Shown here: positions 50,736-59,476 of the stretch, one piece after another
How positions within the stretch are numbered: the stretch's first letter is position 1
Layout of the letters: each line of letters starts with the position of its first letter
NCBI GenBank assembly: GCA_963817895.1
Contig: CAWFQB010000004.1
Location: forward strand, 608,001 to 672,000
Origin: an uncultured Chthonomonadaceae bacterium
GTDB taxonomy: Bacteria > Armatimonadota > Chthonomonadetes > Chthonomonadales > Chthonomonadaceae
Reading direction: 5' to 3'
DNA: 64,000 nucleotides
Program-made: the position numbers and the translations under genes
Notes under the pieces: model-generated
The model's database searches: none
Seen by the model: only the letters and a program-made list of their open reading frames with translations
Told to the model about the DNA's origin: nothing

Positions 50736-53594
50736 ATGGCACCTAAACTTACACTAACAAACCTCTTTTGTCTCCTGTTTAGCATTGCGTTGTTGCTTGC
50801 GAGTAGCATTATGAACGCCGCGCCCGTCACACAGGGACGCGAACGCCTGCTCATGGACAGTGGCTGGAAGTTCCATTTAGGCGATCCGGCGGGCAATGCG
50901 ACGCAAACACAGACCACGCGATTGCAATGGCGCTACAAGTCCGTAGCGCAGGGACAGGAGAATTTGGAAACGCCTGCCGCTCCCGATTTCCAGATGGATG
51001 AGGGCTGGAAAGACGCTGGCGTTTCGCAGGACGTGTTCAACGGGCGGCGCGGCTTCGCGTGGTATCGCGCCACGCTTCCCAACGTACCCGGCGTGACGCG
51101 GGTTCTGCATTTCGAGGGCGTGGATGACAACGCGACGGTTTATGTCAACGGCAAAAAGCTGCTGCATCACGAGGGCTACGACGAGCCGTTCAATGTGCCG
51201 CTTGCGGGCGTGTGGAAAGAGGGCGGGCCAAACGTCGTTGCTGTGCTGGTGGAAAATACGGCGGGCGCGGGCAGCATCGGCGCGGTTGGATTTCAGGAGA
51301 GCGAAGTCGCCGTAGACGAAACGTATTCCAAACCCGGTTTTCAGGACAGCGACTGGCGCAATGTCCACCTGCCGCATGACTTTGTCGTAGAAGGGAAGTT
51401 CACGCCCACTGCGGATGCCAGTCATGGGTCGCTGCCGACGGGAATCGGCTGGTATCGCAAAACGTTCACGGTTCCCGCTTCGGATAAAGACCGCGCCCTG
51501 TGGGTGGACTTCGACGGCATTTACCGCAACGCTTATATCTGGCTGAACGGCAAACTGCTCGGCAACCATAAGAGCGGCTACATCGGGGCGCATTACGACA
51601 TCAGCAGATTTGTGAATTACGGCGGTACGAACACGCTGGCAGTACGGGCGGACGCGCGGGCGCAGGAGGGCTGGTGGTACGAAGGCGGCGGCATCTACCG
51701 CCACGTCTGGCTGAACAAGGCCAATGTTGTCCATATTTTGCCGAACAGCATATACGTATCCTCACGGGTACAGGGCGACAGCGCAAACCCTGAAAGCGCG
51801 AATGTGCAAGTCAAATTTAAAATGTCAAGTTGGTATTATGGGGGGCCGCGCCGCATCAGCTATCAAATTCGCGCGGAAATACGAGCATCTGACAATTCTG
51901 ATACCAAAATTGTTGCCCGTGCTAGCGATTCTGGCACTGAAGCGGATGAGGAACCCGGATCAGTTCACAATCTGCAATTCACCATTCCGCATCCTCGTCT
52001 CTGGTCTCTCGAACAGCCAAATCTCTATCAAGTCGTCATCCGCATTCACCTCGACGAATACGATAATGCAGGAACAGGTAAGGCACGCGACGTTCTGGAT
52101 ACTACTTCGACGACATTTGGCATCCGCACCATCAAATTCGACGCGCAGAAGGGCTTTTTCCTGAACGGCAAGCCGGTCAAGATACAGGGGACGTGCAACC
52201 ATCAGGACTTTGCGGGCGTGGGCATCGCCATGCCGGACAGTCTGCTGGAATGGCGCGTGAAGAAACTCAAGGCAATGGGCAGCAACGCCTATCGTATGTC
52301 GCACAACCCGCCCGCGCCCGAACTGCTCGATGCCTGCGACCGGTTGGGCATGCTGGTCATGGACGAAACGCGGCATTTAGGCGACACCTACCGGCCTAAA
52401 ACCAGTCGTGGCACGCCCGTCAGCGATCTTGGCGACCTGAAAGAAATGGTGATGCGCGACCGCAACCATCCGAGCATCATTCAATGGTCACTGTTCAATG
52501 AGGAGGGCTTGCAGGGCAGTGACGAGGGCGCGCGTATCTTCAAAGCCATGAAGGAAGCCACGCTCGCGCTCGACCCGACCCGCCCCACGACGGGAGCCAT
52601 GAACGGCGGGTGGGGATACGGTATTACGTTTGTTGAAGATTTGCAGGGCATCAACTACGCCCCCGGAGCTTATGAGGGCTTTCACCAGAAGTTTCCCGAC
52701 ATGCCTTTGTTCGGCAGCGAAACGGCAAGCGCGGTGAATACGCGCGGCGAATACGTCACCGACCCGCAAAAAGGCTATGTCAGCGCATATGACGTGAACG
52801 CGCCGAGTTGGGGGCAAACGGCAGAAACGGCGTGGAAAGCTATCGGCACACGCGAATACGTAGCAGGCGGGTACGTGTGGACGGGATTCGATTACAAGGG
52901 CGAACCCACTCCCTACGGCTGGCCGTGCATCAACTCGCACTTCGGAATCATGGACGAGTGCGGCTTTCCCAAAGACACGTACTACTATTACCTCAGTTGG
53001 TGGGGCGACAAACCCGTCGCGCATATCCTGCCGCACTGGAATTGGCCGGGAGATGAGGGCAAACCTAAAGACGTGTGGATTCACAGCAACGCCGACCGGG
53101 TGGAACTGTTCCTGAACGGCGCGAGTTTGGGCGCAAAAGACATGCCGCGTTTGGGACACCTGCAATGGAGCGTCCCCTACGCCCCCGGCCAACTGGAAGC
53201 AAAGGGCTACAAAGACGGCAAAACTATTGTAACCGATGTGGTAGAAACGACGGGCAAGGCCACGCAAATCCGCCTCAAACCGGATCGCAAAACCATGACC
53301 GCGAACGGCGAAGAGGTCATCATGGTAGAAACGGAACTGCTCGACGACAAAGGCCGCGTGGTTCCCGATGCCGACAACGAAGTAATGTTTGAGGTGACGG
53401 GCGCGGCGCATATCGGCGGCGTCGGCAACGGCGATCCGAGCAGCCACGAACCCGACAAAGCCAACAAACGCCACGCCTTTCACGGCCTGTGCATGGCCGT
53501 CGTACAGGCATCCGAGCAGCCCGGTTCCGTGCAGGTCACAGCCACGTCCCCCGGCCTGAAACCCGCCAACGCCACCTTACAGACAAAGAAGTGA
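50736..53594 (+). CDS. GH2 beta-galactosidase-like glycosidase
   Basis: LPHDF, WWYEGGGIYRHV, GTCNHQD, RMSHNPP, RDRNHPSII.WS..NE, WTGFDYKGEP. Confidence 0.92.
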   Translation: MAPKLTLTNLFCLLFSIALLLASSIMNAAPVTQGRERLLMDSGWKFHLGDPAGNATQTQTTRLQWRYKSVAQGQENLETPAAPDFQMDEGWKDAGVSQDVFNGRRGFAWYRATLPNVPGVTRVLHFEGVDDNATVYVNGKKLLHHEGYDEPFNVPLAGVWKEGGPNVVAVLVENTAGAGSIGAVGFQESEVAVDETYSKPGFQDSDWRNVHLPHDFVVEGKFTPTADASHGSLPTGIGWYRKTFTVPASDKDRALWVDFDGIYRNAYIWLNGKLLGNHKSGYIGAHYDISRFVNYGGTNTLAVRADARAQEGWWYEGGGIYRHVWLNKANVVHILPNSIYVSSRVQGDSANPESANVQVKFKMSSWYYGGPRRISYQIRAEIRASDNSDTKIVARASDSGTEADEEPGSVHNLQFTIPHPRLWSLEQPNLYQVVIRIHLDEYDNAGTGKARDVLDTTSTTFGIRTIKFDAQKGFFLNGKPVKIQGTCNHQDFAGVGIAMPDSLLEWRVKKLKAMGSNAYRMSHNPPAPELLDACDRLGMLVMDETRHLGDTYRPKTSRGTPVSDLGDLKEMVMRDRNHPSIIQWSLFNEEGLQGSDEGARIFKAMKEATLALDPTRPTTGAMNGGWGYGITFVEDLQGINYAPGAYEGFHQKFPDMPLFGSETASAVNTRGEYVTDPQKGYVSAYDVNAPSWGQTAETAWKAIGTREYVAGGYVWTGFDYKGEPTPYGWPCINSHFGIMDECGFPKDTYYYYLSWWGDKPVAHILPHWNWPGDEGKPKDVWIHSNADRVELFLNGASLGAKDMPRLGHLQWSVPYAPGQLEAKGYKDGKTIVTDVVETTGKATQIRLKPDRKTMTANGEEVIMVETELLDDKGRVVPDADNEVMFEVTGAAHIGGVGNGDPSSHEPDKANKRHAFHGLCMAVVQASEQPGSVQVTATSPGLKPANATLQTKK

Positions 53595-53619
53595 CAGGTA
53601 AATCGGGCGAGCAGTAGCA

Positions 53620-53648
53620 TTGACAGAGTAGATATTTGCCGTTATAAT
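53620..53648 (+). promoter_or_regulatory. Consensus sigma70 promoter
   Basis: TTGACA (53620-53625)-17 nt-TATAAT (53643-53648), 72 nt before the first cyclase ATG. Confidence 0.85.
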
Positions 53649-53720
53649 GCTCTTATATCCCTCTATTTGCAGGGACATAGAAGTTATAACTACACAACTT
53701 CTGCTTGATGAGGCGCTGAC

Positions 53721-54293
53721 ATGACTACTGACATAGAAATCACCGCGCGGCCACATACCTCCGCGCCAACTCGTCTCATGGCAATTGTGATCGCGGATAT
53801 AGTTGGTTCCACGCGTTTAAGTTACGAAGCAGGCGATCTGGCATTGCATACGGGAATTGGTCAACTGCTTGCGCGTGTCTCTCATCTTTTGGAGATTCAT
53901 TCAGGCCGATTAATCAAGGATATAGGCGATGGCTTCTTCGCCGTGTTCGAGGATTCTGCCGCTGCCACAGAGTTTGCTGCCGAACTGCTGCAAACTCTTG
54001 ATCGGGAGCCTATTCTCGTTGGAAATAATAAGATTAGTTTAAGGATGGGATTGCATGTAGGGAGAGGGCAACTGCAACAAACTTCGTATGGGGTGGATGT
54101 GTTCGGGGCATCCGTAGAATTAGCGGCCCGCTTGAATACATACGCGCCTCCCGGGCAACTCGTTGTGTCGAAAACCGCTTTTGACACATTGCCCGATAAT
54201 CTGCAAGCCTCCTTTCAGCCAATAGGAGAACTTTTCCTCAAGGGCGTCGCAACTGCAATTCAGGCGTATGTGTTGACAAAGACGGGAGAGTAG
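53721..54293 (+). CDS. Stand-alone class III nucleotide cyclase domain protein 1
   Basis: ADIVGST, IKDIGDG, LRMGLHVG, DVFGASVELAAR, LKGV. Confidence 0.88.
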   Translation: MTTDIEITARPHTSAPTRLMAIVIADIVGSTRLSYEAGDLALHTGIGQLLARVSHLLEIHSGRLIKDIGDGFFAVFEDSAAATEFAAELLQTLDREPILVGNNKISLRMGLHVGRGQLQQTSYGVDVFGASVELAARLNTYAPPGQLVVSKTAFDTLPDNLQASFQPIGELFLKGVATAIQAYVLTKTGE

Positions 54294-54299
54294 TCTGCA

Positions 54300-54950
54300 A
54301 TGCCGCCTGATACTGTGGACGTTCCCGAAGTAGCGACAGAAGCTATTGTTATTGTAGATTTAGTCGAGTCGGCGTCTACGAGTAATTTATTTGGATGGTA
54401 TGCGGTTGGCCGCTCTTTGATGCGTGACCTGCGTGGTATGATCCATGAAGTAGGCGATGCGCGGGGGCTTCAGTGCCTGAAGAGTATAGGCGATGGGTAC
54501 TTGCTTGCCTTTCGAGCTAACTCCTCTGCGGAGTTAGCTGTTCTTCATGCCATAGAAAGCGCCTTGCTGCTTCTGGACTTGGTCTCGAAGCGCAATCGCG
54601 CGGTTCCAGAAGAACGTGTTATTAATTTGCGATTAGCGGTTCATTTTGGTGAAGTGGATGTTATCGCCAACGACCGCGAAGGGCCGCATGTCACGTATGC
54701 TTTTCGTCTCGAATCCATTGATAGAGATGCGCTTGCCGACGCGTTCAACCCAATTCCTCCTGAAGATTTGCCCTTGCGAAACTATATCCTGTGCAGTGAA
54801 GAGGCAGCCGGTATTCTGGAAAGGCGTTCCTCCCTGTACGCGATTACGCGCATTGGATTGTTAAAGTTACAAGGATTCCCCGGCTGGCGCGAAGTCTTTT
54901 TGGTACTGCCGATACATAGCAATGTATACACGCCTGAGTCTGCTATTTGA
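54300..54950 (+). CDS. Stand-alone class III nucleotide cyclase domain protein 2
   Basis: VDLVES, LKSIGDG, LRLAVHFG, DREGPHVTYAFR, LQGF. Confidence 0.8.
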   Translation: MPPDTVDVPEVATEAIVIVDLVESASTSNLFGWYAVGRSLMRDLRGMIHEVGDARGLQCLKSIGDGYLLAFRANSSAELAVLHAIESALLLLDLVSKRNRAVPEERVINLRLAVHFGEVDVIANDREGPHVTYAFRLESIDRDALADAFNPIPPEDLPLRNYILCSEEAAGILERRSSLYAITRIGLLKLQGFPGWREVFLVLPIHSNVYTPESAI

Positions 54951-55131
54951 TTAATGTACCTCTTGAAGACATCGGCAGGTTCCAGAGAACGGAAAAGCAA
55001 GGCGCATCGCGTTGTACCCGCGTCTATGGAACCTGCCGCGCAATTTTCCGAGTAACGCCGCGTGGTTCCCGACGCCGACAACGTAGGTGTTCATCGCGGA
55101 AAACTGCAATGAGCCAAAGAAGGCATAAACC

Positions 55132-55671
55132 ATGTCTGTTACGGATAAATTGCGTTCTGCTGTTATGAAGGTACAACAAGGAAGCCGCGTACAACGAGAG
55201 TTGTACGTTGCTATACCGTTTGAAGCAGCGTTTGCAATGTGTCTGGAAGCGGTTCAGGCGATCTCCGGCTGTTCGATTAAAGCGCAGAGTCCACAGGCAG
55301 GTGTAATATGGGCTATTACGCGCGTAAACTGGCAAACTTTCGGGGATACGATTACATTGAAGCTCACCGCGTTGGATGATGGGCAAACGCGGGTAGATAT
55401 TAGCAGCAACACAACTCTGTATCAATTCATAGATTATGGACGTAACGCGGGACACATACGTGCGATTACAAGCCATTTGAATAGGGAGCAGGAAACGCTG
55501 TTGCGCCACGCCGATAAACCGGAAGCTGCCGGGGTAACGCTGTTGCGCGCCGCGCAGGCGCAAACGTCTACTGCGCCGCGCGAATTGCTGCCTCTGCTGA
55601 CAATGAGAACGTTTGATGGGCGTTGGCATAGCAGAAGGCATACTGTAGACCTCTTTCATAAGTCCTTGTAA
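55132..55671 (+). CDS. DUF1499-like protein with triple-LLR tail (true stop probably 55616)
   Basis: TRVDISS..IDYGRN pattern; ETLLR..VTLLR..RELL. Confidence 0.7.
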   Translation: MSVTDKLRSAVMKVQQGSRVQRELYVAIPFEAAFAMCLEAVQAISGCSIKAQSPQAGVIWAITRVNWQTFGDTITLKLTALDDGQTRVDISSNTTLYQFIDYGRNAGHIRAITSHLNREQETLLRHADKPEAAGVTLLRAAQAQTSTAPRELLPLLTMRTFDGRWHSRRHTVDLFHKSL

Positions 55672-55707
55672 GCGCGGCAGGTCTTATCTCATTCAAGAGA
55701 CTTATGA

Positions 55708-57132
55708 CAGTATCTTTGCACTTTTGGGTTCAGGCCGCCAAGAGTAGCTGCACCTGCTCTGGCGTGGTTCCTTGTTGGTAGTGGTCGAATACCCATTGCA
55801 GCAGATTGTTCTGGTGTTGTGCCTGTATTTGGCGTCTCATGTGTCCGATACTGACACTTTGCTGTCTGTTCTCAACCCTCGGCTTCGGTAGAGAGGCGCG
55901 TTGTTCTTCCAGAAACACGTAGGCCAGACACGCAAGCGTCCAGAAGCGCACGACGGCAACATCGCTCATCATCTGGTAGTGGTCGGTGCCGAAGAGTTCC
56001 TTGACATCGGCAAAGAACGTCTCGATGTGCCAGCGGACGGCGATAATGGCAACAAGCGTTGGGGTGTCCGCGTCTACCAGACTGCTGACGTAGAAGGTTG
56101 TCTTGTGCGGCGGATCCTCCAGGTGACGCTTCACGCACAGCACTTGACACGCGCCTAACTTGCGCACCAGCGTTCGCCGCCGATGCACCCAGAGAACCTG
56201 CCCGCCCGTGTCCGAAGGCCAGACCACCTTCTCGAACTGCTCGTCCGTCACAGATGCGGCGTAAACCGACAGCTTTTGCCAGACTTTGTTTTCCTGCGCG
56301 TCCGTCACGCGCAGACTGCGGTTGCAGGCTAGACCGCCGCTGAGGTCGAAGCCGCGTTGCTTGGCCGCTTTCCACAGCGCTTTGTTCATGTACCACGCAT
56401 CTACCAGCGCATGCGTGTGCGTGTCGGGGGCAGGGACAAAGGTTTGCACACACGAAACCGCCATCGCGACCTTGCTCACGAACGGCGTTTCTTGCGCTTG
56501 GCACACGTTCTTGGTCCGGTACATACGTGGCAGCAAGGGACAACGCCTGCCAACAAGCACATACAACGCTTGGAACAGGCTATGCCCGCTCACCCGCTTG
56601 CCGTGTGTGCTGCTGTGGTGACGCCCTAAACCGCGCATCGTTTTGGCATACGGCTTGGCATGGGTGCTGTCATCCATAATCAGGTAACCGGTGAGCAGGG
56701 TTGCCTTCGGACGACCGGGCGCTTTGCCGCGCTGTTGTCGTTGGTGTTGATGCGCGTACTGAACGCTTGCTTGCTGCTGTTGCCGAAAACGGGCTTGCCA
56801 CTGCTCTGCTAAAGCGGCTTCGCTCCACGGCGCACGGGCAAAGAAGCGCGACAGTCCGGCTAAAGTGACACTGCATTGCACTTTGTGCAACATTCCTGAG
56901 AGTGTGCGTCGGCCTTCGACTTGCATGAGCGCCAGCAGTACGGTTTCGAGGTACTTGAACTGAGGCTTGCTGAACACGCAACGAAATGCGGCTAGGAATT
57001 GACAAAGTGCCTGACTTGCGCAGATAATAGGAGTGGGCATGGTTTTCCTCGGGAATGGATGGTTGGCACTTTCCATTTTCCACAAAGAAAGCCATGTCCG
57101 CTACCCCTTCTTCAAAAAGTGCAAAGATACTG
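55708..57132 (-). mobile_element. Complete IS701-like element, 1425 bp
   Basis: 18-bp IRs CAGTATCTTTGCACTTTT (55708-55725; reverse complement 57115-57132); direct repeat TTATGA (55702-55707, 57133-57138). Confidence 0.93.
55730..57040 (-). CDS. IS701-family DDE transposase
   Basis: LIMDDS, LVDAWY, RWHIETFFADVKE. Confidence 0.92.
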   Translation of the reverse strand: MPTPIICASQALCQFLAAFRCVFSKPQFKYLETVLLALMQVEGRRTLSGMLHKVQCSVTLAGLSRFFARAPWSEAALAEQWQARFRQQQQASVQYAHQHQRQQRGKAPGRPKATLLTGYLIMDDSTHAKPYAKTMRGLGRHHSSTHGKRVSGHSLFQALYVLVGRRCPLLPRMYRTKNVCQAQETPFVSKVAMAVSCVQTFVPAPDTHTHALVDAWYMNKALWKAAKQRGFDLSGGLACNRSLRVTDAQENKVWQKLSVYAASVTDEQFEKVVWPSDTGGQVLWVHRRRTLVRKLGACQVLCVKRHLEDPPHKTTFYVSSLVDADTPTLVAIIAVRWHIETFFADVKELFGTDHYQMMSDVAVVRFWTLACLAYVFLEEQRASLPKPRVENRQQSVSIGHMRRQIQAQHQNNLLQWVFDHYQQGTTPEQVQLLLAA

Positions 57133-57165
57133 TTATGAAAGAGATCTTGTGTATGAGGAGACAGA

Positions 57166-57675
57166 ATGGAACCAAAAACCGAACTGGAACTGTGCCGGAT
57201 GCTTCTGATTATGCACCTGCGCGGGTTTGTGTATGAACTGCGGCAACTGCCTGCCGATAAATGGGATTGGACGCCCGATCAGGCCGCGCCCACTGCCCGA
57301 ACGGTTGCGGTACATGCGTGGCAATGGCTGATTTGCGACCGACAGCACATTGAGGAACCGGACGCGACAAAACACGCCGATGTGCCGGATGCGCCCCACG
57401 ACCCGGAAGCGTTTTGCGCCGCGTTCGAGGCGGAAACGGAGAACTGGAACCAACTATTGCGCAATCTGACGCCGGAACAACTGGACAGCCCCCGCAAACA
57501 GTTCAATTTTGCAGACTCCAGGATGAACGTGCGCGGCTTTATCGGCCATATCATTCAGAACACCATTTACAAGCACGGACAATTCAGCACCCTGTTTTTC
57601 GCGCTCGGCTGCGATGGCACGGAACCTTACGACGCGCCGTTCCCCAATCCCATCTATGCGGAGCATTGCCGCTGA
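57166..57675 (+). CDS. DinB/YfiT-family protein
   Basis: WDWTP, VAVHA, IYKHGQF; GAGGAG RBS. Confidence 0.75.
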   Translation: MEPKTELELCRMLLIMHLRGFVYELRQLPADKWDWTPDQAAPTARTVAVHAWQWLICDRQHIEEPDATKHADVPDAPHDPEAFCAAFEAETENWNQLLRNLTPEQLDSPRKQFNFADSRMNVRGFIGHIIQNTIYKHGQFSTLFFALGCDGTEPYDAPFPNPIYAEHCR

Positions 57676-57678
57676 AAA

Positions 57679-58533
57679 TCACGCTTGCGTTTCTTCTTGT
57701 TCAGATTGGGACGCCCGCAATAACTGTTGGGGGCGTTCCGTGTTTGTGGGGTGAGTGGCGCGTAAGAGAGTTTCGGGTTGGGAGGTAGGCATATCGGCTG
57801 CGCGAAGAAGGGTTTCCGGCACTTCCTGCCGCAGCAGACGGGCTTCCATAATGGGAGCAAGTTCCAGCGCCTTCCAGCTTATGCGCTGATGTTGGGCGTA
57901 TGTGCAGATGGTTGCGCCGAGGGCTTGCATCTGTCGCAGGGAATTGCGATTGCCGATGAGCGCGAGCGCCTGTAACGTGCGCAGGGGCAATGTCTCGTCA
58001 AAGTGTTCGCCGGAATACAGCGAAGGCACAGCCAGCCTCCAAAGCATCTCCTGCATCCTGCCGTTCAACAACCCGGCGTCCGCTTCCCTAACATGTTCGA
58101 GCAGCCGGGTAATAGCGCGTATAACTTCGGGATGCTTGCCCCATGCGAACCGCGTTCCCTGTATCAAGGCGGGCAGAACGCGCAGATCGTCGGTTTGGGT
58201 CAGAGCATAAGTGGCGAGACGCTGCCCCGGCCCCGGATCGTAGATAAAGGCGCCAAGTAATACCAACGCCATACTGATAGGGAATAAGGCGGCAACAAGC
58301 GAAGCACATCCTAAAAAAATTGCGAACGCGCCAAAGAAAATGAGAAGATACCCTGCAATTTTGGGGCGCAACGTTTCTTCCGTCGCAATGTATTCCAGCA
58401 ATGCCGTAATCGTACGCGGGTCAAGTTCGTACAGTTCGGGTTCGGAAGGCCAGTCGCGTTTCAAGTGATGCAGTCGGCGTATCAACTCTTTTGCGCCGGA
58501 TTGTCCTATTACTTTGGGTAGGTTCTGCGGCAT
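57679..58533 (-). CDS. 2-TM + HEAT-like protein with triple-LLR tail (array B, gene 3)
   Basis: YALTQTDDLRVLPALIQ, ALALIG, TLLR..TLLR..QLLR. Confidence 0.8.
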   Translation of the reverse strand: MPQNLPKVIGQSGAKELIRRLHHLKRDWPSEPELYELDPRTITALLEYIATEETLRPKIAGYLLIFFGAFAIFLGCASLVAALFPISMALVLLGAFIYDPGPGQRLATYALTQTDDLRVLPALIQGTRFAWGKHPEVIRAITRLLEHVREADAGLLNGRMQEMLWRLAVPSLYSGEHFDETLPLRTLQALALIGNRNSLRQMQALGATICTYAQHQRISWKALELAPIMEARLLRQEVPETLLRAADMPTSQPETLLRATHPTNTERPQQLLRASQSEQEETQA

Positions 58534-58576
58534 TGCGGTTCCTGGAAGCGCGGCGTTGGCGCAGGGAGAAAACAGT

Positions 58577-59476
58577 TCAGGCGGGCATGTCGGCGTTGTC
58601 GGCACTGGTGGCGCGAAGCAATTCTCCCGCTGAAGTATCCTGTCGTTCCTCAGACGAACGCAAGAGGCTTTCAACGGCTTCGGGTTTGCGCTCAGGCCGC
58701 AGCAACACGTCTTTGCCCTCCTTCTTCGCGATACGCTCTTGAATTACCTGCGCGCAACGTTCGGCAACTACTCTCGGCTCATTCAGAAGCGACCCGTTTT
58801 CGAGAAAGCGTTCTACGTCAGGTAAGTCTCGTTTGTCGCCTACCTGCTCCAGCAGACGCAGTATCGAAAAAGCGCGTTCCGGCGTGTAAGCAGGTGTCTT
58901 AATTTCTGTAGAATTCATGGGAAACAGAAAACTGCGCATCCGTTCGCGTTGGCGCGTATTCAAGGCGTCTACATTCGCAGTCTGCATCAGGGGGAGCAGG
59001 CGCACAACGGCCTCATTTACCGACAGGATAAGGCTGGAATAAACATGGCCGGGATGCTCATCGGCATCTTTAAGTTCAAGTATGGGGCCGAGCATAATTG
59101 GGTCGCAGGTTTTCAGGATGTAGCGAGCAAGCTGTTGTTCAACTTTAATATCTTGACGCGCATAAGCGGTAAATAGGCTCGTTATCAGCATAAGAGCGCC
59201 GACGATGAGAAATGAACACCAGATAAGCGTAATCGGACCGCCAAAGATTATCCGTAGTTGGATTACAACGAATGAAATAAAGAATGAGTAAACGGTCATG
59301 TGTGCCAGAGCGATAAAATGGCTGGTATTGCGCCGTACCCGCGCCACGAGTACCCGGAACTCATCAGGAGTGAGCAGGGGAGTTTCGGCATGTTGTTCGG
59401 CTGCGGATGGAGATGACGGCTGCATGGCGTAGTATTCCGCGCGTAATCGTGATTCCTGTTGAGGGTAGAAACTCAC
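58577..59476 (-). CDS. 2-TM + HEAT-like protein with triple-LLR tail (array B, gene 2)
   Basis: DPIMLGPILE, AVVRLLP, LEQVGD, VLLR..SLLR..ELLR. Confidence 0.8.
   Translation of the reverse strand: MSFYPQQESRLRAEYYAMQPSSPSAAEQHAETPLLTPDEFRVLVARVRRNTSHFIALAHMTVYSFFISFVVIQLRIIFGGPITLIWCSFLIVGALMLITSLFTAYARQDIKVEQQLARYILKTCDPIMLGPILELKDADEHPGHVYSSLILSVNEAVVRLLPLMQTANVDALNTRQRERMRSFLFPMNSTEIKTPAYTPERAFSILRLLEQVGDKRDLPDVERFLENGSLLNEPRVVAERCAQVIQERIAKKEGKDVLLRPERKPEAVESLLRSSEERQDTSAGELLRATSADNADMPA

Noticed and set aside
48913..50742. 609-aa minus-strand ORF, and similar long shadow ORFs at 4787-5779, 6458-7531, 28391-29632 and 52488-53483
   Set aside because: Antisense to well-supported genes with no motifs of their own; expected in GC-rich coding DNA.
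53721..55671. Calling the cyclase locus Pycsar or CBASS
   Set aside because: No TIR, TM or cNMP-binding effector is adjacent, and the residues at the specificity positions look adenylate-cyclase-like. Kept only as an unclassified pair.
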